Part shown: positions 7,820 to 15,969 of the stretch, one piece after another | Position numbering within the stretch: the first letter of the stretch is position 1 | Layout of the letters: every line of letters begins with the position of its first letter | Virus record (IMG/VR): IMGVR_UViG_3300009481_000048 | Coordinates: 1 to 34,761 of that record | DNA: 34,761 bases | Strand: one strand, 5' to 3' | Source: a virus | Taxonomy: Duplodnaviria > Caudoviricetes | Program-made: the position numbers and the translations under genes | The notes under the pieces: model-generated | What the model saw: only the letters and a program-made list of their open reading frames with translations | Database searches by the model: none | Told to the model about the DNA's origin: nothing

Positions 7820-8617
7820 CTAAAAATCAACTTTATCGTTTTCTTTTTCAGGTGCACTTGCATCAGATTCAAAAGCAACCTTACCGAATAAATCTAACTT
7901 CATAGCAGAATTATAAAACTCTTTAGTTACCTCAAGAGTTGAAGAATCGGTTGGTTGATCTAAAAGACGGTCAAACTCTACAGCCCACCCAGTCCATGAA
8001 CCCTTATTATTAGATTCTTGAACAGTTGATAACCTGTAAGCACTTGCCCATGAAGGTGGTGTGAAAAAACCATTCTTACCTTTCATCTTTCTAGTTGATA
8101 TCATAGAGTTCCAAAGTTTTGATTTTTTCTTTTGAGTAGACTTCATAGTAAGAAGAGCCATTTCAACAGGGTTATACTCTTCGTCTAATATATAAACAAA
8201 ATGATTCCCTGTATCCTCTACATAATTGCCATTATTTAGTCTATCTCTACCATCATCTCCTCTGCTTGTTTGAGCCAAAATACTTGGATCTGTATGTATG
8301 TTGATAGGTCTTCCTGGAGAATCCCCACGATCAGCCCACTCGTTAAAAGTGTTTACATACAAACACGGCACAACAATACAGCCATCTTTTCCTCTGTACA
8401 AAGAACCTGTAACTTCATTATAGATGTCACCTAACTTAGCGTCCTCGTTATATTTTGAATCAGATGGGTTTAAAACAGGGGAAGTATTACCTATTAATTT
8501 TAATATAGGTAACTTTGTATCCCTTGCGGTGATATGCTCTGTGCCTTGGCCCGAAAACTCTTCTAGGCTAGAGACAACTGGCAGTTTTACGTCTTGTTTC
8601 TTTATTGCTTTAGTCAT
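7820..8617 (-). CDS. Putative single-stranded DNA-binding protein
   Basis: Position between replication genes, beta-rich core, acidic tail ending in Phe (ENDKVDF); AGGAG upstream. Confidence 0.55.
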   Translation of the reverse strand: MTKAIKKQDVKLPVVSSLEEFSGQGTEHITARDTKLPILKLIGNTSPVLNPSDSKYNEDAKLGDIYNEVTGSLYRGKDGCIVVPCLYVNTFNEWADRGDSPGRPINIHTDPSILAQTSRGDDGRDRLNNGNYVEDTGNHFVYILDEEYNPVEMALLTMKSTQKKKSKLWNSMISTRKMKGKNGFFTPPSWASAYRLSTVQESNNKGSWTGWAVEFDRLLDQPTDSSTLEVTKEFYNSAMKLDLFGKVAFESDASAPEKENDKVDF

Positions 8618-8625
8618 ATTTACTC

Positions 8626-9162
8626 CTACTTGGTTAGTTTAGTTTTGCTTGCGATATATACCCCAAAAAGTTCCATGTCGATCTTTTGACCATTTTGAAT
8701 ACGCTCTTTAACGTAAGCTTTTAAAGTCATTGGTTCAACTTTCATTTTTTGGTCGACAGCGTACCCTCTAGTTTTTAAATCTTCGACAAGATTACTTGCT
8801 TCTTGATCTTCAGATTTACCAAAGTTTAAGGATACAATGTTCTTTATTAAACCCCCCGCACCATTTTCACGAAGCCATTCAAAAGCTTCTTCTTGTTTAG
8901 ATGCTGGGATTTTTGCAGCGTAGAAAGGTCGAACATCAACAGTAACACCATTTTCTAGTTTTAACATTGATAGTCCTGCCGCTTGCATTGCACTAGGTAT
9001 TGTCATCTCAGAAAGTTCACGTTCAGTCTCTTTTAACTTTTTCAGTTTGTCTTCAACTTTTTGTACTTCATTCTGAGTTTCTAATAACTTATTGCAAGAT
9101 TCAGCGATGTCTTTCGTTGCTGCGGTATCAACCGTTACGGTTGATTCTGCTTCTAAGTCCAT
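8626..9162 (-). CDS. Conserved phage replication-module protein, function unknown
   Basis: N-terminal coiled coil, AFEWLRENG.G.LIKN and V.P.TLKAYVKE motifs; AGGAG upstream. Confidence 0.75.
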   Translation of the reverse strand: MDLEAESTVTVDTAATKDIAESCNKLLETQNEVQKVEDKLKKLKETERELSEMTIPSAMQAAGLSMLKLENGVTVDVRPFYAAKIPASKQEEAFEWLRENGAGGLIKNIVSLNFGKSEDQEASNLVEDLKTRGYAVDQKMKVEPMTLKAYVKERIQNGQKIDMELFGVYIASKTKLTK

Positions 9163-9196
9163 TGAACTCTCCTATCTAAATAATTATAGAATACTT

Positions 9197-9225
9197 AATT
9201 TAATATTATTACCTTGCAATGTCAA
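9197..9225 (-). promoter_or_regulatory. Sigma70-like promoter of the replication operon
   Basis: TTGACA-17 bp-TAAATT. Confidence 0.65.
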
Positions 9226-9242
9226 TAAAAATTATCTATTAT
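9214..9242 (+). promoter_or_regulatory. Sigma70-like promoter of the SNF2 helicase, overlapping the divergent promoter
   Basis: TTGCAA-17 bp-TATTAT, 11 nt before ATG 9254. Confidence 0.6.
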
Positions 9243-9253
9243 TCTATATCGTC

Positions 9254-10660
9254 ATGGGATATAAATATAAAACAAAACCGTATGCACATCAAGAAAAAGC
9301 TTTAATAAAAGGAGCAGAAGCCTATTCGTACGCCTATTTTATGGAAATGGGTACAGGAAAAACTAAAGTTTGTATCGATAATTTCTCAAAACTTTGGTTA
9401 GATAATAAAATAAAGATAGCGGTTATTATAGCTCCTAACTCCGTTTATCAAAATTGGAAAAGAGAAATAGACATACATTGTCCTATTGATACATCAGTGT
9501 TTACTTATAAAGTAGATAAGTTAAAAGATTTTATTTTTAGTAAAGATAAATTAAATATTTTTTTAATGAATGTTGAAGCCTTTAGTCACAAATCAGGTGT
9601 GGAAACTTTAAAACCTTTAATAGAAAAATACAAAGAAGAGTGCATGATGGTGATTGATGAATCAACTACTATTAAAAATAGAACTGCAAAAAGAACTAAA
9701 AATTTAGTTGCTTTAGGTAGACCTGTTAGATACAAAAGAATATTAACAGGGTCACCAATTACAAAAAGCCCTTTAGATTTGTACAGTCAAGCTGATTTTT
9801 TAAGCCCTAATCTATTAGGCACTGATAATTTTTATGTGTATAGGGCGACTTATTGTGTTATGCACAGTATTAACACAGGCACAAAATCATTTATGATACC
9901 GCAGTATTATAAAAATTTAGACGCTTTAGAAAAAATAATTAAATCTTTTTCTTTCAGGGTTAGAAAAGAAGATTGCCTAGACTTACCTGATAAGTTATAT
10001 CAAAAAAGAATAGTTACTTTAGGTAAAGAACAGGCTGATATATATCACGAGTTAAAACAACAAGCTCGAACTATTATTGAAGACAAAGAAGTAAGCTATA
10101 ACAACAAATTAACTGAGATAATAAAACTATTACAGGTAACTGCAGGTTTTGTTAATTCAGATGACGGAGAAATAAAAGATTTAAAAAATGCTAAATTAGA
10201 AGAGCTTTTAAATATATTAGAAGAAACTGAGGGTAAAGTTATTATCTGGGCTAATTGGGTACATACTTTAGAAACTGTTATTAAAACTTTAAAAAATAAA
10301 TTCGGTGAAGAAAGCACTGTTGCAAACTACGGAGCTATTTCAGGTAAAGATAGAGAAGAGGCCGTAGAACTTTTTCAAAAAAATAAAAACACTAGGTTTT
10401 TTGTTAGCAACCCGCAAACAGGTGGCTACGGTTTAACTTTGACTGCAGCAAGCACAGTCATTTATTTTAGTAATAATTACGATTTAGAACAAAGACAACA
10501 ATCGGAAGATAGAGCACATCGTATAGGTCAAAAAAATAATGTTTTATACATAGATATTATTGCAAAAAATACTATTGATGAATCTGTTATTAGAGCTTTA
10601 AACAAAAAAATAAAATTAAGTGCCGAAACTTTAGGCGAAGATGTTTTGTCATTTTTATAG
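9254..10660 (+). CDS. SNF2-family (SF2) helicase
   Basis: PYAHQ, MEMGTGKT, IDEST, ILTGSPIT, GGYGLTL, QSEDRAHRIGQ; start moved from 9092 to MGYKYK at 9254 because the upstream part is promoter and antisense overlap. Confidence 0.93.
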   Translation: MGYKYKTKPYAHQEKALIKGAEAYSYAYFMEMGTGKTKVCIDNFSKLWLDNKIKIAVIIAPNSVYQNWKREIDIHCPIDTSVFTYKVDKLKDFIFSKDKLNIFLMNVEAFSHKSGVETLKPLIEKYKEECMMVIDESTTIKNRTAKRTKNLVALGRPVRYKRILTGSPITKSPLDLYSQADFLSPNLLGTDNFYVYRATYCVMHSINTGTKSFMIPQYYKNLDALEKIIKSFSFRVRKEDCLDLPDKLYQKRIVTLGKEQADIYHELKQQARTIIEDKEVSYNNKLTEIIKLLQVTAGFVNSDDGEIKDLKNAKLEELLNILEETEGKVIIWANWVHTLETVIKTLKNKFGEESTVANYGAISGKDREEAVELFQKNKNTRFFVSNPQTGGYGLTLTAASTVIYFSNNYDLEQRQQSEDRAHRIGQKNNVLYIDIIAKNTIDESVIRALNKKIKLSAETLGEDVLSFL

Positions 10661-10661
10661 G

Positions 10662-10735
10662 TTTTTAGGGGGTTACCAATGGGTTAGGTGCCTTTTAAAA
10701 ACGCCTATATGGGCCTCTCAGGAGCTCGTTTTTTT
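10662..10735. terminator. Convergent intergenic region with imperfect hairpins and a T tract
   Basis: TTTTTAGGGGG..TACC/GGTG..CCTTTTAAAAA (10662-10700); GC-rich GGGCCTCTCAGGAGCTC followed by T7. Confidence 0.35.
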
Positions 10736-10745
10736 GGCAAAATAG

Positions 10746-11462
10746 CTAAAAATTAACATTTTTGTGGTATTTATCAACTCTCTCCAACCACCGTTCTTCG
10801 TACTCATTTAACATAGATTTGTCCATAATAAACTCTTGAAACAATAAATTTTTAGTACAAACAAAAATAGCACCCTGTTCAATCTCACCATATTGATGTT
10901 TGTGAGCTAAAGAGTAAGCTGCAATTTGATAATAATAATCTTCAATCCATTCTTCTCTTTTAGGTTTGTTAGATTGTTTAAAATCTCCAATAGTAGGCAT
11001 ACCGTTATAGTTACAAACTAAATCGGTAGACCCCGCCCAACGATCTTCATAAGCTAAATTTATTTCAGTTCCATAAACTTCAGATAAATTTTGTAAATTA
11101 TTTATAATTGTATGAGCCATCATTCTAGGAAGAGAACCATCTTCACCTAAGTTTAAATAACCTACACCATTCATATACTGTTCTAGTACAAAGTGCATTT
11201 CAGTTCCTCTAGTAGCCGCTTGAGTCGTGATCCGTGCAGCTTCTTCATGGCCCACTCGATTACGCCAGTTTTCTAAAATTCTTTTTTTCTCAGAGGATTG
11301 TGTAGCGGATAATATAGTAGTGACACTAGGTACTTTTTTATCTTCAACATTATAGGTTCGAGGGCCGTCATTATCGTTTCGAGTATAATTTTTATATTGG
11401 TAAGGGTACGTTTTTTTAAATCCAGATACAGTAAAGCTAGTATTATTTCTTGTTAGCTTCAT
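10746..11462 (-). CDS. PD-(D/E)XK exonuclease (phage lambda-exo/MGME1-like)
   Basis: VPSVTTIL, RGTEMH, E, AGSTD, IGDFKQS, QIAAY. Confidence 0.88.
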   Translation of the reverse strand: MKLTRNNTSFTVSGFKKTYPYQYKNYTRNDNDGPRTYNVEDKKVPSVTTILSATQSSEKKRILENWRNRVGHEEAARITTQAATRGTEMHFVLEQYMNGVGYLNLGEDGSLPRMMAHTIINNLQNLSEVYGTEINLAYEDRWAGSTDLVCNYNGMPTIGDFKQSNKPKREEWIEDYYYQIAAYSLAHKHQYGEIEQGAIFVCTKNLLFQEFIMDKSMLNEYEERWLERVDKYHKNVNF

Positions 11463-12201
11463 CTTTCACCTTTTGATTGTATTTAATACTTTCTTTGATT
11501 AGCGTTAAATTGACACCGTAATACAAGGCTGACTGTTTTATGGCTTTTATATCTTTAGGAAAACAATGCCCACCAAAACCACGTTCTTTAGTAACTAGTG
11601 TATGACTAGTGCCTATTCTTTTATCCAAGGCTATACCTTTTCTTACATGCTCGTAGTCAATACCAGATGCTTTACACAAATCGTATATTTGATTAAAGAA
11701 AGATACTTTGGTAGCTAGATAAGCGTTTCTAAAATATTTAATTAATATTAGTTCTTTTGGATCAGCTTCTATAATGTGAGGACAACTAGGAAATATTTGT
11801 TTAAATATTTTAGTCCAAAAATCAGTTTCAGCTCCACCTATCATAATTAATTCTTGTTGCCTTAAATCTTCTAGTGCTGTATTGGCTCTTAAAAATTCTG
11901 GAGAATAAGACATACGTTTTTCGTAAAAACTACTTAAATGATCCCAACCTTCTAAAGATATTGTGCTTTTTATTAAAATGGGAACGTTCGGACAATCTCG
12001 CATAACTTCAGAAACGTGTCTCATGTTACAGCTGCCGTTGTTACCTTCTGGGGTAGGCACACATACAATAACCCCATCCGTATCATCACTGACCTTTCTG
12101 TCGTAATGTTTAGGATCTATTATCTCTACTTCATGATAATTTTGCAAAATGGCTGCGTAGGCTTTACCAACAAAGCCGTAACCCGCTATAGATATTTTCA
12201 T
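11443..12201 (-). CDS. ugd: UDP-glucose/GDP-mannose 6-dehydrogenase family protein lacking the C-terminal domain
   Basis: GYGFVG, VCVPTP, IKST, SPEFL, KY..NAYLATKVSFFN, D.RIG, GFGGHCFPKD; 252 aa. Confidence 0.88.
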   Translation of the reverse strand: MKISIAGYGFVGKAYAAILQNYHEVEIIDPKHYDRKVSDDTDGVIVCVPTPEGNNGSCNMRHVSEVMRDCPNVPILIKSTISLEGWDHLSSFYEKRMSYSPEFLRANTALEDLRQQELIMIGGAETDFWTKIFKQIFPSCPHIIEADPKELILIKYFRNAYLATKVSFFNQIYDLCKASGIDYEHVRKGIALDKRIGTSHTLVTKERGFGGHCFPKDIKAIKQSALYYGVNLTLIKESIKYNQKVKDEANKK

Positions 12202-12884
12202 TTCTTTTTCTTTCCTTCTGGTGCATATAGATTGTTAAATGTGTATTCCCAATTCATGTAGCTATCATGAGCTTCTGCTTTATGTGTCCATTGCGATGGA
12301 ATAAAATCTGGTGGTCCGTTGCCCGTGACCCACATGGCAGGCGAAGTAACCCTTACTCTATTGTTTGGTAAAGCTACAAAACAACCTTTCCATGGTCCTT
12401 CAGTCAAAGCTAAAACATGAGATTGTTTATGTTGAGCTGGGTCATCAGCTATTTCGCTATTGGTATAGTCCACGGTGAAGTAATACTTAGCGGTGTAAAA
12501 CTCACCTTCAATACGAGCCAGCCAAGGACTTGAACTGGTTCGGTCAAACACAATAATAGAATGATCTCTTGATGATACATCCCAAGGTTGAGCAATATGG
12601 GTTGGCATAGGGGGTGGCATTTCATCTAGTGGTTCATCTTCAACTAATGCGGTAATTGGCATACGAGCCCACATTGCACCACCGTGAGGATTCTCTAAAC
12701 GATTCTCTTCATCCTCACAACCAGTAAAAATAACTTGAAAACTTAAACAACGATCTGGGATACAGTTAACTGCGATGACATAACAGTGTAGAAACTCACC
12801 GTGATAAGCACGATGGTTGTGTGTAAATTCTTTTCTAACCCAAGCCTTGAGAACTAGGGGAATATTAGATATTAAATGTGACAA
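12198..12884 (-). CDS. Conserved hypothetical phage protein
   Basis: 228 aa; GGAMWARMPITAL, QPWD, YYFTVDY, QHKQSHVL, ALPNNRVR patterns recalled from marine phages. Confidence 0.8.
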   Translation of the reverse strand: MSHLISNIPLVLKAWVRKEFTHNHRAYHGEFLHCYVIAVNCIPDRCLSFQVIFTGCEDEENRLENPHGGAMWARMPITALVEDEPLDEMPPPMPTHIAQPWDVSSRDHSIIVFDRTSSSPWLARIEGEFYTAKYYFTVDYTNSEIADDPAQHKQSHVLALTEGPWKGCFVALPNNRVRVTSPAMWVTGNGPPDFIPSQWTHKAEAHDSYMNWEYTFNNLYAPEGKKKK

Positions 12885-12886
12885 GA

Positions 12887-13072
12887 TTATGCCTTGACTA
12901 CTTTGTACCCTTTTACTTTAGCCGCTGCTTTTAGTTGAGCGACGGTCATTGTTTTTACACCACCTTTACCAGTGCCTTTGGAATAGCCCTTAGCCATTTT
13001 ACCACCCATAGCTTTCATCATTTTAGGACCACCTTTAGAATAACCTTTAGCCATTTTACCTTTACTTTTCAT
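12887..13072 (-). CDS. Small Lys/Gly-rich basic protein, possible internal DNA-condensing protein
   Basis: GKMAKGYSKG twice, no acidic residues. Confidence 0.65.
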   Translation of the reverse strand: MKSKGKMAKGYSKGGPKMMKAMGGKMAKGYSKGTGKGGVKTMTVAQLKAAAKVKGYKVVKA

Positions 13073-13081
13073 ATTAACCCC

Positions 13082-13459
13082 TTATTTGGTGAATTTACCA
13101 ATTGATTTTAGCCCAAAACTAGCACCAATGGAAGCCATAATTGACCATTGTAACCACTCAGGGAATGTAGCTAAAAATTCAATACCTCTAGCAATAGCAG
13201 GTTGCAATGGCTCAATGAAGCTGGCCACAATTATTAAAATAAAGCAAATTGTCCAGGCTTCATCTTTCCAGGAATCATCACTTGCTTTAGCCATAGCAGT
13301 TTCCCACTCAATTTTACCTTCCGCAACCTTTTTCTGCACAGCAACTTTAGCATCTATCTCTGCAATTTTTAAATCAGATTTAGCTTTAGCTTTCTTTGCT
13401 GAGTGTTCGAAATAGCCCCCTACAGCCTTAGATAATCCAGATACTATTAAACCTACCAT
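13082..13459 (-). CDS. Putative holin (GTA-type 3TM holin-like)
   Basis: Amphipathic N-terminus, SWKDEAW, two hydrophobic segments, P.W and ASFG.K ending. Confidence 0.6.
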   Translation of the reverse strand: MVGLIVSGLSKAVGGYFEHSAKKAKAKSDLKIAEIDAKVAVQKKVAEGKIEWETAMAKASDDSWKDEAWTICFILIIVASFIEPLQPAIARGIEFLATFPEWLQWSIMASIGASFGLKSIGKFTK

Positions 13460-13662
13460 TATATTCCATCTCCATATTTAAATAACCCTGCAATCACTCC
13501 ACAAATAGAGCCAATCCAGATTAAGGTTTTGACACTGCCACGACCCATATTAACTTGTTTTTTTAATTCATCGATGTCTTTACTGTTTTGTTCAACATCT
13601 TTGTGAATGTGTTCAATCTTTTCTTCAATACGCAGTAAACACTTTTCGGTTTCGTTAGCCAT
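13459..13662 (-). CDS. Coiled-coil protein with C-terminal TM helix (lysis-module membrane protein)
   Basis: RIEEKIEHIHKDV coiled coil then TLIWIGSICGVIAGLF; TAATG coupling to holin-like gene. Confidence 0.65.
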   Translation of the reverse strand: MANETEKCLLRIEEKIEHIHKDVEQNSKDIDELKKQVNMGRGSVKTLIWIGSICGVIAGLFKYGDGI

Positions 13663-13663
13663 G

Positions 13664-14020
13664 TTATTGTCCTAATGGATTACCTTTATTGTTTAAGATA
13701 TCATAAATTTTAGCCATTTCAGTTTCCATCCAACCAGCTAACTTATCTTCCATATCTTTCATTTCAGTATCTAATTTGTCCATACCTACATAGACTTCTT
13801 TAATAGAATCATTATTAAATTGTACACGTTCTTCTACAGTAACCAACCTTTCTTGTAATTTAGAAGTATCTGTTTCTTTAAAATTACCTACCGCTGCTTC
13901 GGTATGTTGGACTCTGGTAGCGAGATTGGACACCCAATAGACTGTCGAACCTATCGGCACTATCGCCCCCAAAACTAGACTCAAAAGAAGACTGGACGAG
14001 ATCGTAAGTGTTTTGTTCAT
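13664..14020 (-). CDS. N-terminal TM anchor plus coiled coil (i-spanin-like topology)
   Basis: LLLSLVLGAIVPIGSTVYWV then heptads, ends NPLGQ; overlaps upstream gene by 137 nt. Confidence 0.65.
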   Translation of the reverse strand: MNKTLTISSSLLLSLVLGAIVPIGSTVYWVSNLATRVQHTEAAVGNFKETDTSKLQERLVTVEERVQFNNDSIKEVYVGMDKLDTEMKDMEDKLAGWMETEMAKIYDILNNKGNPLGQ

Positions 14021-15554
14021 ATATCATATCCTGTGTGATTGACACTGTTTCTACTATTTTAATCGTATCTTGTAGCACTTGTAAATAGGCAGCTGGAAGC
14101 ACCATATGCCCTAAAGAATCAACGCTCAACACATCTGGTGAACCTTCTGTTTTAGGTTTCTGTACCACTGTTTTAGTCTTTGATTTAGGTTCTTTTTTTT
14201 CAACGGTGGATTTTTTAGCGTCATCTTTCTTGCTTTTTTTACTGTCTTTAGATTTACTTTTTTTGACGACTTTACTGTCATCACTTTTGACTTCGGTTTC
14301 GCTTGACTTTGATAACTCGCTTTTTTCATCTCCTCCATCATTTGTTTCTGTCTCTTTTGCTTCATTATTATTCTCCTTATTTTCAGCAACTTCTTCAACC
14401 ACTTCATCGACATTCTCTATTATCTCATCATTTATTTCAACAAGATCTTCTTCCATGGTTGAATTATTTAATTCTTCAGGTTGTTCCATTTCAACGCTTT
14501 CCATTTCTACTTCAATATCTGCAGAAACAGGAATTTCTATTACGGGTATTTCTTGAATTTCTTGAACTTCGTCGATTGGAGTTAAACTTGCAAGGTCAGG
14601 TATATTAGTTGATATAACAGGAGCAACGTTAATTTCTACGGTCATATCAATTTGTTGTGGTATTTCAATTTCAATTGGTTGACTTTGTAAATTTACATCG
14701 GCAGGCATTTCAATATTAGTCATGTCCATATTCATATCAACACCCATGTCCATATTATTTACTTCAGGAGTTAATTCAATGCCTTGTATTTCAGGCATCA
14801 TTTGCACATCTTGAATTAAATCTAAAGTAACTTCAGTAGATAAATCTATATTACCAATCACAGTGGGTTCAATGACTACAATAGGTTCAATAACAACAGG
14901 TTCAATGATTACAATAGGTTCAATAACAACAGGTTCAACAATAACAGGTTCAACTACTGGAGCTACATAATCTTGATACGTTACTAATAGCTCATAGTTA
15001 TCGGTAATAGGGCCTAACCAACCACTAGAGTCTCCTGTATCAATACCTTGTAAAGTAAACGTTATACCAGTCTCACCTGTTAAAAAGGTATCATTAATGG
15101 ATTTAGTAATTGTGTGATAAGTCCAACCGTCTTCGTAGGGCACTGCTGTGGTATTAGTAGAAACCTCAGTACCTGTTTCGTTTTTTAAAGTAACATTAGT
15201 AACAATCGTGTCATCACCACCAGCAGTACACCAACCATTAGGTGTATTACCGCAGCCATAGCCATGATATTTAACAGTAACACCTGTAATTTCTTTATTA
15301 GTTTCTAAACCAGAAGTATCTACAGATTGAGTAATAGTTGAAGTTTGCCCTTTAAATCTTATAGTGGGACTGTTACCAGCATCATTATAAGAATTAGCGT
15401 CACGCTTGACATTAGAATCAGATAGTGTCCATCCATCTGTGTTCTCGTCAAATGTGTTGTTATTCAGTAGGTTGGCCGAGGTCGTTGAGTCGGCGTGGCT
15501 TACTAATATTGATGTGCATGACACCAGCAGTGCCCACAAGATTACCTTCTTCAT
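13884..15554 (-). CDS. Exported protein: signal peptide, beta-sandwich/carbohydrate-binding-like domain, Pro/Glu-rich and Lys-rich linker
   Basis: MKKVILWALLVSC.., NLLNNNTFD...GW start typical of galactose-binding-like domains, Cys pair, EPVVI repeats, acidic then basic tracts. Confidence 0.7.
   Translation of the reverse strand: MKKVILWALLVSCTSILVSHADSTTSANLLNNNTFDENTDGWTLSDSNVKRDANSYNDAGNSPTIRFKGQTSTITQSVDTSGLETNKEITGVTVKYHGYGCGNTPNGWCTAGGDDTIVTNVTLKNETGTEVSTNTTAVPYEDGWTYHTITKSINDTFLTGETGITFTLQGIDTGDSSGWLGPITDNYELLVTYQDYVAPVVEPVIVEPVVIEPIVIIEPVVIEPIVVIEPTVIGNIDLSTEVTLDLIQDVQMMPEIQGIELTPEVNNMDMGVDMNMDMTNIEMPADVNLQSQPIEIEIPQQIDMTVEINVAPVISTNIPDLASLTPIDEVQEIQEIPVIEIPVSADIEVEMESVEMEQPEELNNSTMEEDLVEINDEIIENVDEVVEEVAENKENNNEAKETETNDGGDEKSELSKSSETEVKSDDSKVVKKSKSKDSKKSKKDDAKKSTVEKKEPKSKTKTVVQKPKTEGSPDVLSVDSLGHMVLPAAYLQVLQDTIKIVETVSITQDMIYEQNTYDLVQSSFESSFGGDSADRFDSLLGVQSRYQSPTYRSSGR
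14866..14958 (-). repeat. Imperfect 15/18-bp coding repeat (EPVVI/EPIVII)
   Basis: GGTTCAA recurs six times at 15-18 bp spacing. Confidence 0.8.
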
Positions 15555-15969
15555 CTAATTGTACCATCCCTCTTTCGATATATAATTTCTTTGCTTCTTC
15601 ACCTATCTTACCATCTATTGGACAAGGAGAATTACTGTCCCACATGGCCTGCCAGACGCGTGGATCTTGGCACAAAATAGCAGTAGCACTCACACGTAAT
15701 CCCAGCTGAGCCATGGCCCTACTGAGCTTGATACGCTCACACGTCTTATCAACGACATGGATACCAGCTGATGCGTTAAATAAACCAGTGCCAATTGCAC
15801 CAGATCTTACCACCACACATACATCGGTACCACCACCAATAGAAATAGAAGGTGAGATAGCTGATGCTGGAGGCTGGTCTTTATAATATATATTTGAATC
15901 CGCGGCGTGCAATGTTGCAGCGTGTGTAAAAATTATTACCATAATAGCTATAAAAAATATACGTTCCAT
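15460..15969 (-). CDS. Exported Cys-containing conserved phage protein
   Basis: Signal peptide ending LHA, PPASAISP, four Cys (DVC, TCER.KL, LCQDPRV, SPCP); 95-nt overlap with next gene. Confidence 0.75.
   Translation of the reverse strand: MERIFFIAIMVIIFTHAATLHAADSNIYYKDQPPASAISPSISIGGGTDVCVVVRSGAIGTGLFNASAGIHVVDKTCERIKLSRAMAQLGLRVSATAILCQDPRVWQAMWDSNSPCPIDGKIGEEAKKLYIERGMVQLDEEGNLVGTAGVMHINISKPRRLNDLGQPTE

Noticed and set aside
9092-9253. 54-aa N-terminal extension of the SNF2 helicase
   Set aside because: Overlaps the divergent gene and both promoters; helicase-like sequence begins at 9254.
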